A stretch of 64,000 nucleotides of DNA, taken from positions 1,488,001 to 1,552,000 of the forward strand of contig BQFW01000003.1 in NCBI GenBank assembly GCA_020891255.1, written 5' to 3'. This document shows, piece by piece, positions 21,195 to 33,814 of the stretch. The position numbers were made by a program, and so were the translations under genes. Source of the DNA: Entomortierella parvispora E1425 (lineage: Eukaryota > Fungi > Mortierellomycota). Positions within the stretch are counted from its first letter, which is position 1. Every line of letters begins with the position of its first letter. The notes below the pieces were generated by a model. The model ran no database searches. It had not been told where the DNA came from and saw only the letters and a program-made list of their open reading frames with translations.

Positions 21195-22439
21195 ATGGCC
21201 AACCCCTGGCAGAATGACGAACACACCAGTCCCGAGGGAGCAGACTCAGACACGTCTCCCCTTCTCTACCCAGACCTAGAGTCCCAAGAACACCAGACCT
21301 CTGTTTCCACCTCTGCACCACAACCGCCTCCAACACAGACTGCCGCCCCATCATCGCACTCCACAAAACCTCAAAAGACCCCTCCAACCTCATATGAAGA
21401 TGCGCCTCCCTCATACGAGGCCATCATCTCCAAAGATATTCCCCAGCTTCACGACAACTACGATCATCTGAGAGGTCCACCCGGTCAACGCGGCCGGGAC
21501 GACAAGATTCGTATTCCTTTTGATACTTACGGCGGAGCAGGTGGTAGCAGCAGCAATGGCGCCGGATCCTCCTCTGGCAATTACGGTGCCACAGGGATCG
21601 AGCACTCCCCCACATCCACACAGGCTCCAGAGCTGGGTCTGACCGGTCAGATTGCGCTCCATTCCGATGAAGAGGACGAGTCCTTTACTCAAGACATCGA
21701 TAGACTGCTCGGAGCAGACACAGATGCAGATAATGCGGAAGCCGATGGCTGTGACCATGGCGAAGATGACTCTCGTTCCTGTTGGACCGTAGTTGGTGAT
21801 GGCCAAGCCTGGGTTGCTACAGCCTACATGATCATTGTGCTGTTGCCTTGGTCTTTGTTCTGTTTTATTTGGACGCTGGGATTCATGGTTGCAGCTGGTG
21901 TGACCATGATGTTCCCTCCACTGGGCTATTTCTTCACCATTTTCGCCATCACCTCCTGGCGTGCTCTGGCACGCGTGGACCTGGTCATGTCTGCTGCCTT
22001 GGTATCAGATGAGGTCCGTCAACGGTCTCCCTTCTTTACTTCCTCGGTATATATCCCATGCGAGCCAGGTCCAGCCTGGACTCCTCCCAGGCTCTTTGGC
22101 CGTGAAATGCCCCTGCCTGAATTTATCCGCACTCGACTGCAACGTCGCCATGCTGCGCGGGGTCGCCGTCCCAGAAACCTGGTTCATCGGGCAGTGCGTC
22201 ATTTGAAGGCCAACATCAGCAACCGACACTCGGTGCGGTCCATGTTCTACTTCTTGTTCTGGAAGTTGCTCTTGGCCATCCCGGTGTTTATAGTAGTAGT
22301 CCTGTTCTTCTCGTTGTCATTGCCGTTCATGTTCTGCTTCCTGGCCTCCCTCTTGGCCGTATCGAGAGGCTTTGCAGTATGGCAGTACAAATGGGCCGTG
22401 ACCTGGCTAAGTGAAAAGCCAGCGCCCATCGTAGTTTAG
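21195..22439 (+). CDS. Membrane protein with disordered N-terminus, PPSYE (PY-like) motifs and a 'putative sensor'-like TM domain, 414 aa
   Basis: Long ATG ORF; PPTSYE/PPSYE; two hydrophobic hairpin regions (YMIIVLLPWSLFCFIWTL...; YFLFWKLLLAIPVF...). Confidence 0.75.
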   Translation: MANPWQNDEHTSPEGADSDTSPLLYPDLESQEHQTSVSTSAPQPPPTQTAAPSSHSTKPQKTPPTSYEDAPPSYEAIISKDIPQLHDNYDHLRGPPGQRGRDDKIRIPFDTYGGAGGSSSNGAGSSSGNYGATGIEHSPTSTQAPELGLTGQIALHSDEEDESFTQDIDRLLGADTDADNAEADGCDHGEDDSRSCWTVVGDGQAWVATAYMIIVLLPWSLFCFIWTLGFMVAAGVTMMFPPLGYFFTIFAITSWRALARVDLVMSAALVSDEVRQRSPFFTSSVYIPCEPGPAWTPPRLFGREMPLPEFIRTRLQRRHAARGRRPRNLVHRAVRHLKANISNRHSVRSMFYFLFWKLLLAIPVFIVVVLFFSLSLPFMFCFLASLLAVSRGFAVWQYKWAVTWLSEKPAPIVV

Positions 22440-22694
22440 GACATATCTTTGCGTACGACCCTCACATATCATACCCCCCTTCCCACTCCCACAGTGAAAT
22501 AAATGCATGAACCATCAAACAAAAAAAAAAAAAAAAAAAAAGGGTCTGAGGGGTGGCTTAGTATCATCGCCTTGGAGCGGCATTCCTTTCACACGCGCCA
22601 CTCATTCATGTCCCATCACATTGGCTCTCACCCTTTTTTCAATCTTCACTCCTTCTCTCTCACAACCAGACCACCGTCCCAGACTCATCCGACA

Positions 22695-24065
22695 ATGTCG
22701 TCCAGCAATAGGAATAAGCGACTGCCCGGCGATGAAGAGCGTACTGCTAGCCGACACGGAGGAAGCAGCAGCAATAACGGTGGACCTTCAAAACGCGTAC
22801 GATTCGGTGCAGAGGAAGAAGTGGACGACACAGATCTTCTGGAGCAACGGAAAGCTCGACGAGGCGCCGTCACCGTAGTCAAATACGATGGCGGTGAAGA
22901 TAGCAGTGAGGATGAGGATGAGAATTCGCCAAAGAAGAAAAAGATCTCTGTGGAGGAAATGCTTGCGGAGGAAGCGGCTGAAGGACTGGGTGAAGACGAG
23001 CCAGAGGACGAAGCCGATGAGCTCTTTGCAGATCCAGAGGACCTTGCCAGGAGAGAAGCCGAAAAACGTACCCGTGCTGCTATGAAAGGAAAGACCAAGC
23101 AGACCATCGTCGCGCAAGTTCAAGCAAAGCGCAAGGGCAAGAAAAAGCTGGCACCAGGGGAGTTTGACAAGGATGAGATCGAGGGCGAGGACTTGAACTT
23201 GGAGGATCTGGACGATGAGGAATACGACTCGGAGGGGAACCCCAAGATCGAGGCCTTCAACATGAAGGAGGAGCTGGAGGAAGGAGGCGAGATTGATGCT
23301 TCAGGCAACTTTATTCGAAAGTTGGACCCGGATCGATTCCACGACTCTTGGCTGGAGGGTCTTTCGAGGAAGGAAATCGAGGCCGCCAGACAGGCCCATG
23401 ATCGAAAAATCAGACAGCAAAAGGAGGAAGAGAGAGAGGCAGCCAGATCCGCCATGACGGAGACGGATATTTACCTGGAGCTCGCCAATATCTTGACACC
23501 GGGCGAATCGGTTCTGGAGGCTATTCAACGGTTAGGCGGTGGTGCCAAGAAGAGGACATCGGCTGCCAACAAAGGAGGGCGGAAAAAGTATGGGTCCTCA
23601 TCGTCAACAGCTGCTGCATCATCAGAGGCACCTACAGAGGATTCAGAAGAGCAAGCCAAAAGGAAACAGGCCATTGAGAAGTTGACAGACCTCTGCGACA
23701 AGATGATGGCGATGGGTCATTTCAACATTTATGAGGAGACATATGAGCAGGCCGTTCGCAACCTTCGGAGGGCCGATATCATTGATGACGATTGGATTAT
23801 AGGTACGCCTGTACTGAGGCCCGAGGAACGAGCTGCGGCCGCTGCTGCTGCCATGTTGATGGAAGAGGATGAAGACATGCCAGTCCAATGGGAGTACAGG
23901 TGGGCAAGTCCACCAGAGGGACAGAGTGCCGAGGAGACTTTTGGACCCTTTTCAGCTGCAGAAATGAAATCTTGGTGGGATCAAGGGTTCTTCAGTCAGG
24001 GAATACTAGTTAGGATGGTGGGCGACACCACTTTTGAGCCCGCCACGGCCTCAACTTTCTCGTAA
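22695..24065 (+). CDS. LIN1: U5 snRNP 52K / CD2BP2 / Lin1 (GYF domain)
   Basis: IEAFNMKEELEEGGEIDASGNFI...DSWL; LTPGESVLEAIQRLG; C-terminal GYF domain WEYRW...FGPFSAAEMKSWWDQGFF. Confidence 0.92.
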   Translation: MSSSNRNKRLPGDEERTASRHGGSSSNNGGPSKRVRFGAEEEVDDTDLLEQRKARRGAVTVVKYDGGEDSSEDEDENSPKKKKISVEEMLAEEAAEGLGEDEPEDEADELFADPEDLARREAEKRTRAAMKGKTKQTIVAQVQAKRKGKKKLAPGEFDKDEIEGEDLNLEDLDDEEYDSEGNPKIEAFNMKEELEEGGEIDASGNFIRKLDPDRFHDSWLEGLSRKEIEAARQAHDRKIRQQKEEEREAARSAMTETDIYLELANILTPGESVLEAIQRLGGGAKKRTSAANKGGRKKYGSSSSTAAASSEAPTEDSEEQAKRKQAIEKLTDLCDKMMAMGHFNIYEETYEQAVRNLRRADIIDDDWIIGTPVLRPEERAAAAAAAMLMEEDEDMPVQWEYRWASPPEGQSAEETFGPFSAAEMKSWWDQGFFSQGILVRMVGDTTFEPATASTFS

Positions 24066-24352
24066 TTAAACCACAGAAAGAAAATCATGCGCTACCCGGG
24101 GTATTTCCGTTCACCCAAATCTTTCGCGCTCTCGCTCTTTTTTCTTCATTCTAGAACAATCACGGAGAAAAGCATGGAAGCAAAGTGATAGGGGTCGCTT
24201 TCGCAAAAGCTTTATTTGTTTGATATAGATTATGACCCCCTCCTTGGACAAAGTCTACCAGCAGACGATGTGAAAGCTTGGATAGGTAATCGGAGATGTA
24301 AGTAAGAGTTTCTTTAGATGGTAAGCGAGTTGACTGTTGACAATTAGGTGCT

Positions 24353-24646
24353 TTAGAAGGAGTTCAACAAGACAGCGGGGAGGACCACGAGGACCAAGCC
24401 GAGGGCGGACAACTTCTTGTGGAGGTTGGAGTTGGCAGCGCTGGTCTGAGTGGGGGCAGCGGGGGCAGTGGAGACGGTGGTCACTACGGGAACAGTGCCG
24501 GAGGCGGTGGTGGGCACAGCGGGGGCGGTGGTGGGGACGACGGAGCCAGGGCTGCCGGAGGCAGCAACGCTAGAGGGCGAGACAACGGGGGAGGCCGAGG
24601 GGAGGCCGAGGGACATGGAAGCGGCGGCGGAGACGGAGACGGACAT
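24353..24646 (-). CDS. Small Ser/Thr/Pro/Ala-rich protein with hydrophobic C-terminus (GPI-signal-like)
   Basis: Low-complexity STPAV body ending in SALGLVLVVLPAVLLNSF; start position uncertain. Confidence 0.55.
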   Translation of the reverse strand: MSVSVSAAASMSLGLPSASPVVSPSSVAASGSPGSVVPTTAPAVPTTASGTVPVVTTVSTAPAAPTQTSAANSNLHKKLSALGLVLVVLPAVLLNSF

Positions 24647-25409
24647 TGTGATAAAAAGTTGTTGAGACTGAAGGAAGGATGAGGTGTAGTGAAGAATAAA
24701 AAAGAAGAGGAAGGCAGCGATGGTGGCAGGGTATTTATGAAGAAATGGAGAAGACAGGGATAAACATGCCAATCGAAGATTGATAGCACGGTTCGTAGGC
24801 TGTGTAGAACGGAACGGTGATGTAAAGATCTAACGGTCCGGGGAGCGAGCGCGCGGAGCAACAGCGCAAGGGTCCCAAAGGTGCCAATTCAATAAGGTTT
24901 ACCCTAAGTGCTGTTGGACAGTGGGTGCTTTGTTCGTGCTCGAAGGCACTGGACCAACGAGGGTCTATTCATTTGGCTTAGAAGGCGTGTGTTTGGCTAG
25001 TTTGCTCTCTGTGGAGAGAGGTGGGACGGGAAGGGAGGAGCGAGAGCATCAAGGGGGGAAAGGCAAATGCAGGAACTGAATACAGGGCTGGGGACCGTTG
25101 TGGGCAGACCGTACAAACGGCTGGTCGACACCCAATTGGGCCTGGTCCAGCCTTTGTTGGGTCCAGTGGGGTGTTGACTTTGCTTCCTTCCCTGTTACAC
25201 GCCGTTTGTTCCTGCCTTTTTCTTTTATTTATTCTCGCTCACCGCAGAAAAGATGGATGAATTTTCGTTGACTCGACTCTCTGACCACAATTGGCTGGAA
25301 TAACTTTTGACATTGTCCGAGTGTTCATGGGCCTTTTTCTTGGCAAAGTAACCCTTTCATTGATCCATGCTCCATTAGTGCTGTATGGATAAAAAACCAT
25401 ACCCCTGGC

Positions 25410-25412
<3 letters not shown>

Positions 25413-25457
<45 letters not shown>
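25413..25457. repeat. (GA)n microsatellite, ~22 units
   Basis: Direct read. Confidence 0.95.
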
Positions 25458-25460
<3 letters not shown>

Positions 25461-26172
25461 TCACAATTTTTTGCATGAACGTAGACTCCCAGCCCTTCAG
25501 AAACGTACATACATTGAAAGCTACCTCAAGTACTATTTTCGCTATCTTACCAGGGGTTAGAGCATGACAAGGACCAGAGGATCTAAAAACCAAGTGCAAT
25601 GGGGCTATTTTGGTCTTTGGCTATGTCTAGCGTGGAACCAAGCTTGTGTTCGGCCGTGTTTTTCAAGCTTGAGTTTTTGGAGCGGCTATAATAGAAGCCA
25701 TCTTTCTTGAGATTGTTCTCGTGACCCCTACACTGGGCTCTCATTCAAAAAGAGGGTCATCCATCATCCTTTTGTCGCAATAATACAAATCCTCTTTTCT
25801 TTCGTCTTGCTTGACAATGCAGACAAAACAACAAGAGAACGAGTGGTGTCGCCATTGCCAAAGCAAGCCGATGCTGAAGAGCGTACATTTGCTGGAACAC
25901 CGTTGTTCCTGGCCCTGCTCACACCACAGAGAGAGCCCCACAAAAAAAAAAATCACGAAAGAGGGTTTTTTGGGTGCACGTACGTGTTCCACAGCAATGA
26001 AGAAATCACCGCAACAAGGCTTTTCCAGGGAAAAACTCGTTTTTATCATCATTTAGGTACCGTACCGGCCATGATACTAACGGGACGTGGGCACTGTATT
26101 GACAAAACCTATCTATGATGTACGAGTTCAACTCGATGCCTTCTTATCGTTCCTTATCCCTTTCACTTCCTC

Positions 26173-29100
26173 TTAGTGGTTTCCTGACTCTCTCGCCAGG
26201 GAGAAGAAAATGGACTTTGGATCCGACAGCAACTTTGCAGGAGAGTCGAATTCCGCAACTTGACCTTGATCCAACACCATGATTCGGTCGCTGTCCATCA
26301 CTGTGTTAATACGATGGGCGATGGTCAGAATCGTGCAGTCGCAAAACTTTTGACGAATGATTGCTTGCACTAACGAGTCCGTCTCCAAATCAATGGCGGC
26401 CGTTGCCTCGTCCAAGATCAAGAGCGACGTCTTTCGAAGCAACGCTCTGGCCAAGCAGATCAATTGACGCTGACCCACAGAGAAGTTATCTCCTTGTTCC
26501 AACACAGCAGCATTGAGTCCGCCTTCCATGCTGGAGACATAGTCCTTCAGGTAAGAATCCTCCAAAGCCTGCCACAATTCCATGTCAGATTTGGTACCCA
26601 AGGGATCCAAGTTGAAGCGGATTGTGCCGGCAAACAAGACGGGATCCTGAGGGATGATCGAGAATCGGGAGCGGACGTCGTAAAGACCCAAGGTCGAGAT
26701 GTCAATTCCATCCACAAAGATCTGACCCTTGACAGACTCGATAATACGGAAGAGAGACAGCGTCAAGGAGGACTTTCCAGCACCGGTTCTGCCCACAATG
26801 CCAACCTTCTCGTGAGCTCTGATCGAACAGGTAACACCTCGAAGGACCAACTCGAGTCCAGGACGGTATCTTGTCTCATAATTGATAAAGTCGACTTGAC
26901 CTTGGGCAGGCCAGTCCTGAGGTGGGCGGTGATCCTGAATGATTTCAGGAGCCTCGGGTTTCAATTCCACGTACTCTTGCAATCTCTCGACCGAAACGAT
27001 GTTGGATTCAATCTCGGTGTACTGACGCACCATCCAGTTGAGGGTCTGCGTGATGCTCAGTGCATAGGTCAATGAGAGACCAACAAGACCAGGATCGACA
27101 GCCACCTTTCGGGACAAGGAAACGACCGACAGGAAAGCAGAGCCAAAGATAATGATGGAACTAAGACATTCCAAACGGAAAGCCAACCAGCGGTTACCAG
27201 CAATACCGGGATAGAAGGCACGCAAGTTTTGATCCAAGCGGTATTCGTTGTCCTGAATGAATCGGTTCTGTTGACGGTAGGCGCGAATGGTGCTGATACC
27301 TCCAAGAGTTTCCTGGAAGTGAGCAAAGACGGGCGATCTTGAAACAGAATCCAGGCGACGGATCTCACGCGAGGTAGAGAGGTAGTAGCGTTGCAACCAA
27401 AGGTAAACGAAACTGAAAGGCAGAATGACGATAATAAAGCTTGGCGTAGACAGGGTTACCACTACAAGGACGGATGCAACTTGGAAGAGAGTGCGAGAAT
27501 ATCCTGAGAAAGATCTAGGCAGTACCTCGTCGATGGTCGACTGGTCCTTGCTGAATCTGTTGAGAATTCTTCCCATGGGTGTGGTGTCAAAGAACATCAT
27601 GGGTGATCGAAGGACAGAGTGCAACATCTCCTGGTGCAAAACGCGTGCAGACCGGATACCACAATGAACTTGGAGGATGATCGACTGGAAGACGGTCAGG
27701 AGAGAGTAACTCATGCCGAGGGCGGCATAGACTCCAATATAAAAGAGTGGGTTGTTGACACCCTTTCCAGCATCATTGTCACTACTCCAGTGGGTGAGCC
27801 AGAGCGATGTTGAGATGGAGGCGGTTTGAGAAAAGACCATAGAAAGAATGTAGGCAAAGACAGCGGGGTACGAACACGCCTTTGCATATGCAAGGTAGAC
27901 GCTTCGACTCACACTGCCTTGCTTCATCTGCTCCTCCGACATAATGTTCGTGTTGGTGTTGTCCTTCTTGGGCTCGACCGCCTTCTGAATCAAAGCGGAT
28001 GCGATCGAGGGTCGGCGTAAAGTCTGGACACTGGAGACACTGCGAATAGACATGCGTCTTGCGGATCTAGGGGTCGTAGACAACAATGGTAGTTCCTCTG
28101 ATGGGAAGGCATCTGTTTCGACAACATCTTCCTCCAAACATGTGCTCTGCACCACCAATGGCTCTGGGATATCGGCGGCTTCCAAGAGCTCGTCAGTGAC
28201 CGCGGAAGACGGATCATGACCAAACTCTGTCACCAGCTGGTAAACCTCTGCCTTGTTCTTCATCAGAGCCTGGAAATTGCCCTGTTCCACAACTCGGCCA
28301 TCGCGCAGCATCATGATTTCCGTCGACTGAGCAAGATAGTGAATCTGATGGGTCACAAACACACGAGCCTTCCCTGCGAGCAATCCCTTTGGTCCAACAA
28401 CTTTGTCAAAGATGGTGCGACCGACATGAGCATCCACAGCAGACAAAGGATCGTCGAAAAGATAAATATCCGCACGGGCATACACGGCACGAGCCAATGA
28501 AATTCTGGCCTTCTGCCCTCCAGACAAGTTGATGCCACGCTCACCAATCTCGGTTTCGTCACCTCCAAGCAACATGTCAAAGTCCTGTTGAAGACAGCAA
28601 GCCTCAATAGTCTTTTGATAGAAGCGAGCGTCGTAAGCGTTGCCGAACAAGATGTTGTTCCTGAGAGTATCGTTCATAATCCAAGCTGTCAAATTAAAAT
28701 AATAGAAAAAGGGTTAAAAGGGTGCCTTTTGAGAGCAGACGAAAATTGTGATGATATTCAGTGATAACTTACCTTGTTGGGGCACGAATGCAACCGATCC
28801 ACGAATGCGGACTTCACCAGAGACGCGTTCCAAGTCACCGCAGAGAGCTGCAACCAAAGAGCTCTTTCCTGATCCAACTCGTCCAATGACGCTCAACAAG
28901 CAGTCCTTCTTCAAAGCCAAGTTGATGTCCGAGATAACAGGGGCAGAATTCTTGTGCCAGCTGTATGATGCATCTGTGACGAGAAGAGCGTATTTGTCGG
29001 CAGCGTCAGGTTGGCCCGAAGAGCGGCGACGATCCTCCACGATGATAGCGTGAGGATCGACCTCAGCACTTGTCAAGAACTTGTAAACACGGCCCAAAGC

Positions 29101-31493
29101 AACATATGCCTCAACAGACGAGCTATTTGGTAGATATTTGAATGAAATAGCTTAGCAATCAGCACTGTACATATAAATTTATATGAAGCGAAATAAACCA
29201 TTATCGAATTGTAGGTATAGACTTACCTGATGACGCTTGGGAACATGGCGAGCGGGAACTGGAGCAAATTGAAAAGAGCGATAGAGGGGAAAACGATGTC
29301 CGTGGTCATGGGTCGTTTCATCACCAAAGCGTACACCGAGAATGTGGTCAGTGAGACCAAGAACGGAGTGCAGGCCCAAGTGAAACTTTGAACGGCCGAG
29401 AGATATCCAATCTTTTTCATCGTCGCCAATTCGTGGTCATTTCTGACGGTCAAGACTTTCTGCAAGAAGGTGCCTTCCCAAGCGTACAGCTTGATGACTC
29501 GGATGCCATTCAAGATTTCGTTCATGAGCTTGATTCTGGTGTCCTTGTTCTTCATTTGCTGTTGTTGGAAGGTCTTCATATAGATCGACAGGCGGGCATT
29601 GAGTGGGATAGTGAGGATCATGACGGTGACTCCGGCGAAAATCGCGAACGACATGGTGTCAAACAACAGATACAAGGCAATGCTGATCTGGAACAGGCCG
29701 CTCCAGACGACATGCAGATAACTGACAAGGTCCTGGACACGCTGAGCGTCAATCGACATATGGTTCACAATCTCGCCAACCTAAAGAGCAACAATCGAGA
29801 AATGTCAGTAATCAAAGGGAGTTCTATAGGACAGAGTACTTCTAACAAGTTTCTCACTTACCGTAAACTCTTGACGGGCAGAGTTGGAAAGTCGGAGCGA
29901 CTTCTGATAGATAGCGGTGACGAGTCCAGCACGAATGTGCATGCCTGTGCGGAAGCAGAGGTGAAAGTACTGGTGCAGCACCGTGGTCTGGGACAAACTG
30001 CAGGCAAACATCAAGCACGCGATCGTGTATCCTCGGTACAAAGGCTGTGGGTTATCAGTCTTGTAACTCATAACAAATCGGAGCATCTCGCCCAAAAGAA
30101 CTGGTTGAAGGAACCCCAAAATATCATTCGCCGCTTTCCAGATTCCTGCAATATAAAACGGTTTTCCGAACGCACTGGCAAGAGCCTTCAGCAGACTCGG
30201 ACTTTTTGCCAAAAAAAAAAAAGAGAAAAAAAGGGGGGGATGTCAATCATTGCACTTTTGTGCACCTTCCATTATGCAAGGGGTAGGATCTTACTGCTCT
30301 TTGGCCAGTTCTTTTTCCCAGGCAGCAGCGAAGGTGTTTGACACGTTCTTGGATTGGTCTTCTGATCTCAATGACCAAAGATCGTCCATTGTCAATGGTT
30401 TGGCGTATCCTTTGCGCATCAGTCCTGTAACCCAGTTGAATGATGCAATTGAAAAGATGTTGGCGTCGTCTTCTGGGCATTTTTCCTATTTCCAAGTAGA
30501 GCAACAAGTGTTGATAAGTCTTTCTGTCCTCTCGGAAGAGAATTTACGCGGAAGAACCTCATGCATTTGCAGCGAGCTATCTCCGCGATTTCCTTTGATT
30601 TCAGGGAGAAGCAAGGGGATCCTTTCAAGCTGCGCATCAAACAAAAAGACAGGGTTGGAGTGTCATACGTAAGTCTCGTCGCCAAGTTGAATCCCGGCAT
30701 CTCTGTGGACGCATTCCAGAGCAAACACCAAAATAGTTCCGACCATTTTGGTAAGCAAGAGACACGCGGCAGTTTGGAGATGACGCCTCTTCTCGTCTCC
30801 AATGGCATCAGCGCTGGAAGGACATCCCATGGTAAGAGTTCGAAGCTTGATTCCGGAAGCAATAATCGAAAAAAGCCAAAAGACCAGGAGCACATTCGAA
30901 GACAAAAAGGTCTTTTTGCTTTCGATCACTGTCAATGCAAACGCGAAGATCAAGGCGATGATCTCCAAGACGGACGACAAAAGCTCAAGTCCAAAGGGGT
31001 GAAAGAGCCCGTGCTTGTTTCCGAGACGATCAAAAACAACGGATGCAGTCGTGATGACGATGACAAAGACAATGAGTATCTATGCACGTCAAGTAAGAAA
31101 GGACCGAGCCACTGTCAACACGAATGAGCAATTGAGCACAGTTGCCACCAAACAAATAAAAAAAAAAAATTGAAGGAAGCAAATACTTGCCAGCTTCAGA
31201 GACTGACGCCAGCCACAGTTTGGATAGCTGAGGTTCTCTTTCTTGGACAGGATAAACAGACGGTGCAGGCCTGCGACGAACAGGAACAGCACGGGAATCA
31301 GCTTGATGAAGGTATCCTCAAAACAGGGCGTGAAGTCAGCGGGGCAGTCTGCGTCGAATGGTCCCTACAGTTGAAATGTAATCATTGTGAATTACAGTCA
31401 GAGGCATGTGAAGAGACGCGAGCTTCATTCAATTCAAACATAAAATGCGGTTGTTACCCATGATCCCCCGGACTGACATTGCCAGATGGACAT
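26173..31493 (-). CDS. YCF1: ABCC/MRP-family ABC transporter, Ycf1-like (TMD0-TMD1-NBD1-TMD2-NBD2), multi-exon
   Basis: N-terminal W|GPF..DFTPCFED; NBD1 GRVGSGKSS and LSGGQKARISLARAVY; NBD2 GRTGAGKSS and FSVGQRQLICLARALL; LDEATAAID. The orthology call is approximate. Confidence 0.9.
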
Positions 31494-33556
31494 TGGAGGA
31501 GTGAATGGGATGGGATCGATTGAAGATGGCAAATGGATTGGTTTTCCGACTGTGTCTGTGGGCGCCGTTTAAACTATTCTGCTGTGTTGTTTGTTGCTTG
31601 ACTCGACGACAATGAATTAGGGCAAGCGCGGACAGACAGAAGGACGGGAAGAAGAGAAGGGGAGAAGCAGCGAAAGGAGAGTGGGGAGTGGAGGTGAGGG
31701 CAAGGTCAAAGACGAAGGCAAGGTAAAGAGGAAAAAGGGAAAGATCAAGAAGCTATGTGGATCAACTGCAGAAAAAAAGAAAATTTCGAACTCCTCAAAC
31801 TGCCCGTCGCTGCTGCTGACAAAACCAATTCTCCTCTCTCGTCGGGCCTCCTGTCACGTCTATCTCTAGCGACGACAATATCTTTGCAGATGAACTCTAG
31901 TCGTCGAATCTCACCATCGGCAGATGCTTCCCCAGGCTCTCTTGATCCTTTCGACCCTTTGTCAGGCCGTGACCCTCCCTCTTCAGATCACACTCCTCGA
32001 AGCGGAGAACTTCCAGATCCAACTGGCAAAATCCCGATCCACCAACCGACTGTCCGACACGACGTTTCAATTACCTGGCCATATATGAGAAGAATGGAGG
32101 ATCGATTAAGCAGAGACCTGAGCCGCGTGTTCGGCAATGGTTAAGATACTTGAAAACAATTGTTGTGGTTGTTGTTCTTGCTGTTCTTGCTGTTCTTGTT
32201 GTTCCTCTTGTTCATCGAAGGTGTGTCCTGGCGCTAAAAAAAAGTCCATGTGGTCACGTGGTCGTGGCAAAATCGACGCCTGCAACATGCGTCCGTGTCC
32301 GCCTCTTCTCCAGACAACCTGGACGGACAAGCATTGTTGAACTGGCGTCAGAAGTTGACCAACAGGCGAAAGTTTAGAAAGAACTCGAGGAGTGCAAAGC
32401 CTTATTCCTGAAGGATTCCAGACGAAATGGCCCTTGAATTCTTTGAGATGAGAACGGAAAATCTCGAAAACAGGAGCTTGGCTGCATATCCCCTCAAGAA
32501 AGATTGACATCGAGATGAACACTGCGATCTGACATGCCCGAGTTTTGGCCAGTTAGTAGGTTTTGAGTGAATCACATTATGATGCTTGTGAACGACTTGC
32601 TTTTATTGACGAAAGTCGCCAATAAAGATGCAGGACCTCAGAGTCGGAGGCAATTCGTATAAATGGCAAGGATTGTTGCGGCCATGTCTTGGGACCAGTT
32701 GAATGGAAGTTGTGGCACATGGTGAATCGAATGAAGCACCTTTAATGGCACAGGTTTCTTTCCTATATGGATGGAGTAGAATGACGGCTACCCGCCCATG
32801 CTCCATCTCGTGAACCTACAGGGACGCGAGTGTTACATGCAGGGTACTGACAACCATCGTTCACCGAGCTACCTAATCTTTATTCATGGCAGGGCAGGGC
32901 AGGCGTGCACCATCCCCATGTATGTCTAAACGAAGTTGCTCGCGTGTGAAAGACAGGCGTGGGTATATGGAAAGTGGGAATTGAAGGATCAGATATGAAG
33001 GGGCAGGGTGTTCTCCCTCCTTCCAGGAACAGCAGCATCGTCCACAGAGGCACGACTTCGCCGGGGCACACTTCCTGCTCACCAGAGCAGACATGTTAAA
33101 AGGCGGTCATTCGAAGAATGGTCGAATTCTCATTGCAGCGCGTGTCATGGAGCCAAGGGGCAGGCAGCCGCAAGAGGAAAGGGTCAACTTCATTGCCTCC
33201 ACCCCAACTGGGATTGATTTGGTGGTCTGTGTGCTCACGGAAAGGCAACGGCGCCACAGCCGTGGAGGACTGATTTTCTCCGCACAAAGTCAGTGCGCCA
33301 AAACAAAGGAGGGCTCACGATTCAGCGTCCTGTTTCGCATGGCAATGAACACGCGAACGGAACATGGAATGAAACCGGGCCTCGACTGTCCATCCTTCTC
33401 TCCTTCTCGATGCACTTCTTGAACGAGCCCCATCAGGTGAAATGCATCTCACATTGCCACCTCCACTGCCCCTGCCTCTTCTCCCTTTCCTTTTGTGTTT
33501 GTTTGTTTGATAAAATAAAGATAGTACCGTCGGTGCGCGAGTGTATTCAGTGAATT

Positions 33557-33760
33557 CACTCACGGTGATACCGAGGTCAAAAATATGGGAAATAGAGGAC
33601 CTTCGTCCAAGAGCATACTTGGACAACAGAGGGGAGTTAGGAGATATGTAGACTTCGGCCCTTGGGCATCGGGCGGTAGTCATCCTCCATACCTCAACTA
33701 ACTTCTCTGATGCCGTCGCAGCATCGAGTCGATGATCAACTAAACAGATCTGTGAAGAAG
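33557..33760 (-). ncRNA. Candidate Sm-site structured small RNA, locus 2
   Basis: TATA at 33796-33787; stem 33705-33688 paired with 33648-33633; 7-bp hairpin GTCCAAG/CTTGGAC at 33605-24; ATTTTTGA at 33584-77; hairpin CCTCGGT-atc-ACCGTGAG. Confidence 0.35.
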
Positions 33761-33786
33761 AAAGAAAGAACTGGTCCCGAGGGCAG

Positions 33787-33814
33787 CTTTTATACCCGTT
33801 GAGGGGCGGTCACT
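33787..33814 (-). promoter_or_regulatory. AGTGACC-N11-GGTATAAAAG bipartite promoter-like motif
   Basis: Plus strand reads cttttatacc(33787-96)...ggtcact(33808-14). Confidence 0.55.

Noticed and set aside
26464-31127. Long plus-strand ORFs (203, 317 and 188 aa) over the ABC transporter
   Set aside because: Antisense shadows of a conserved coding gene
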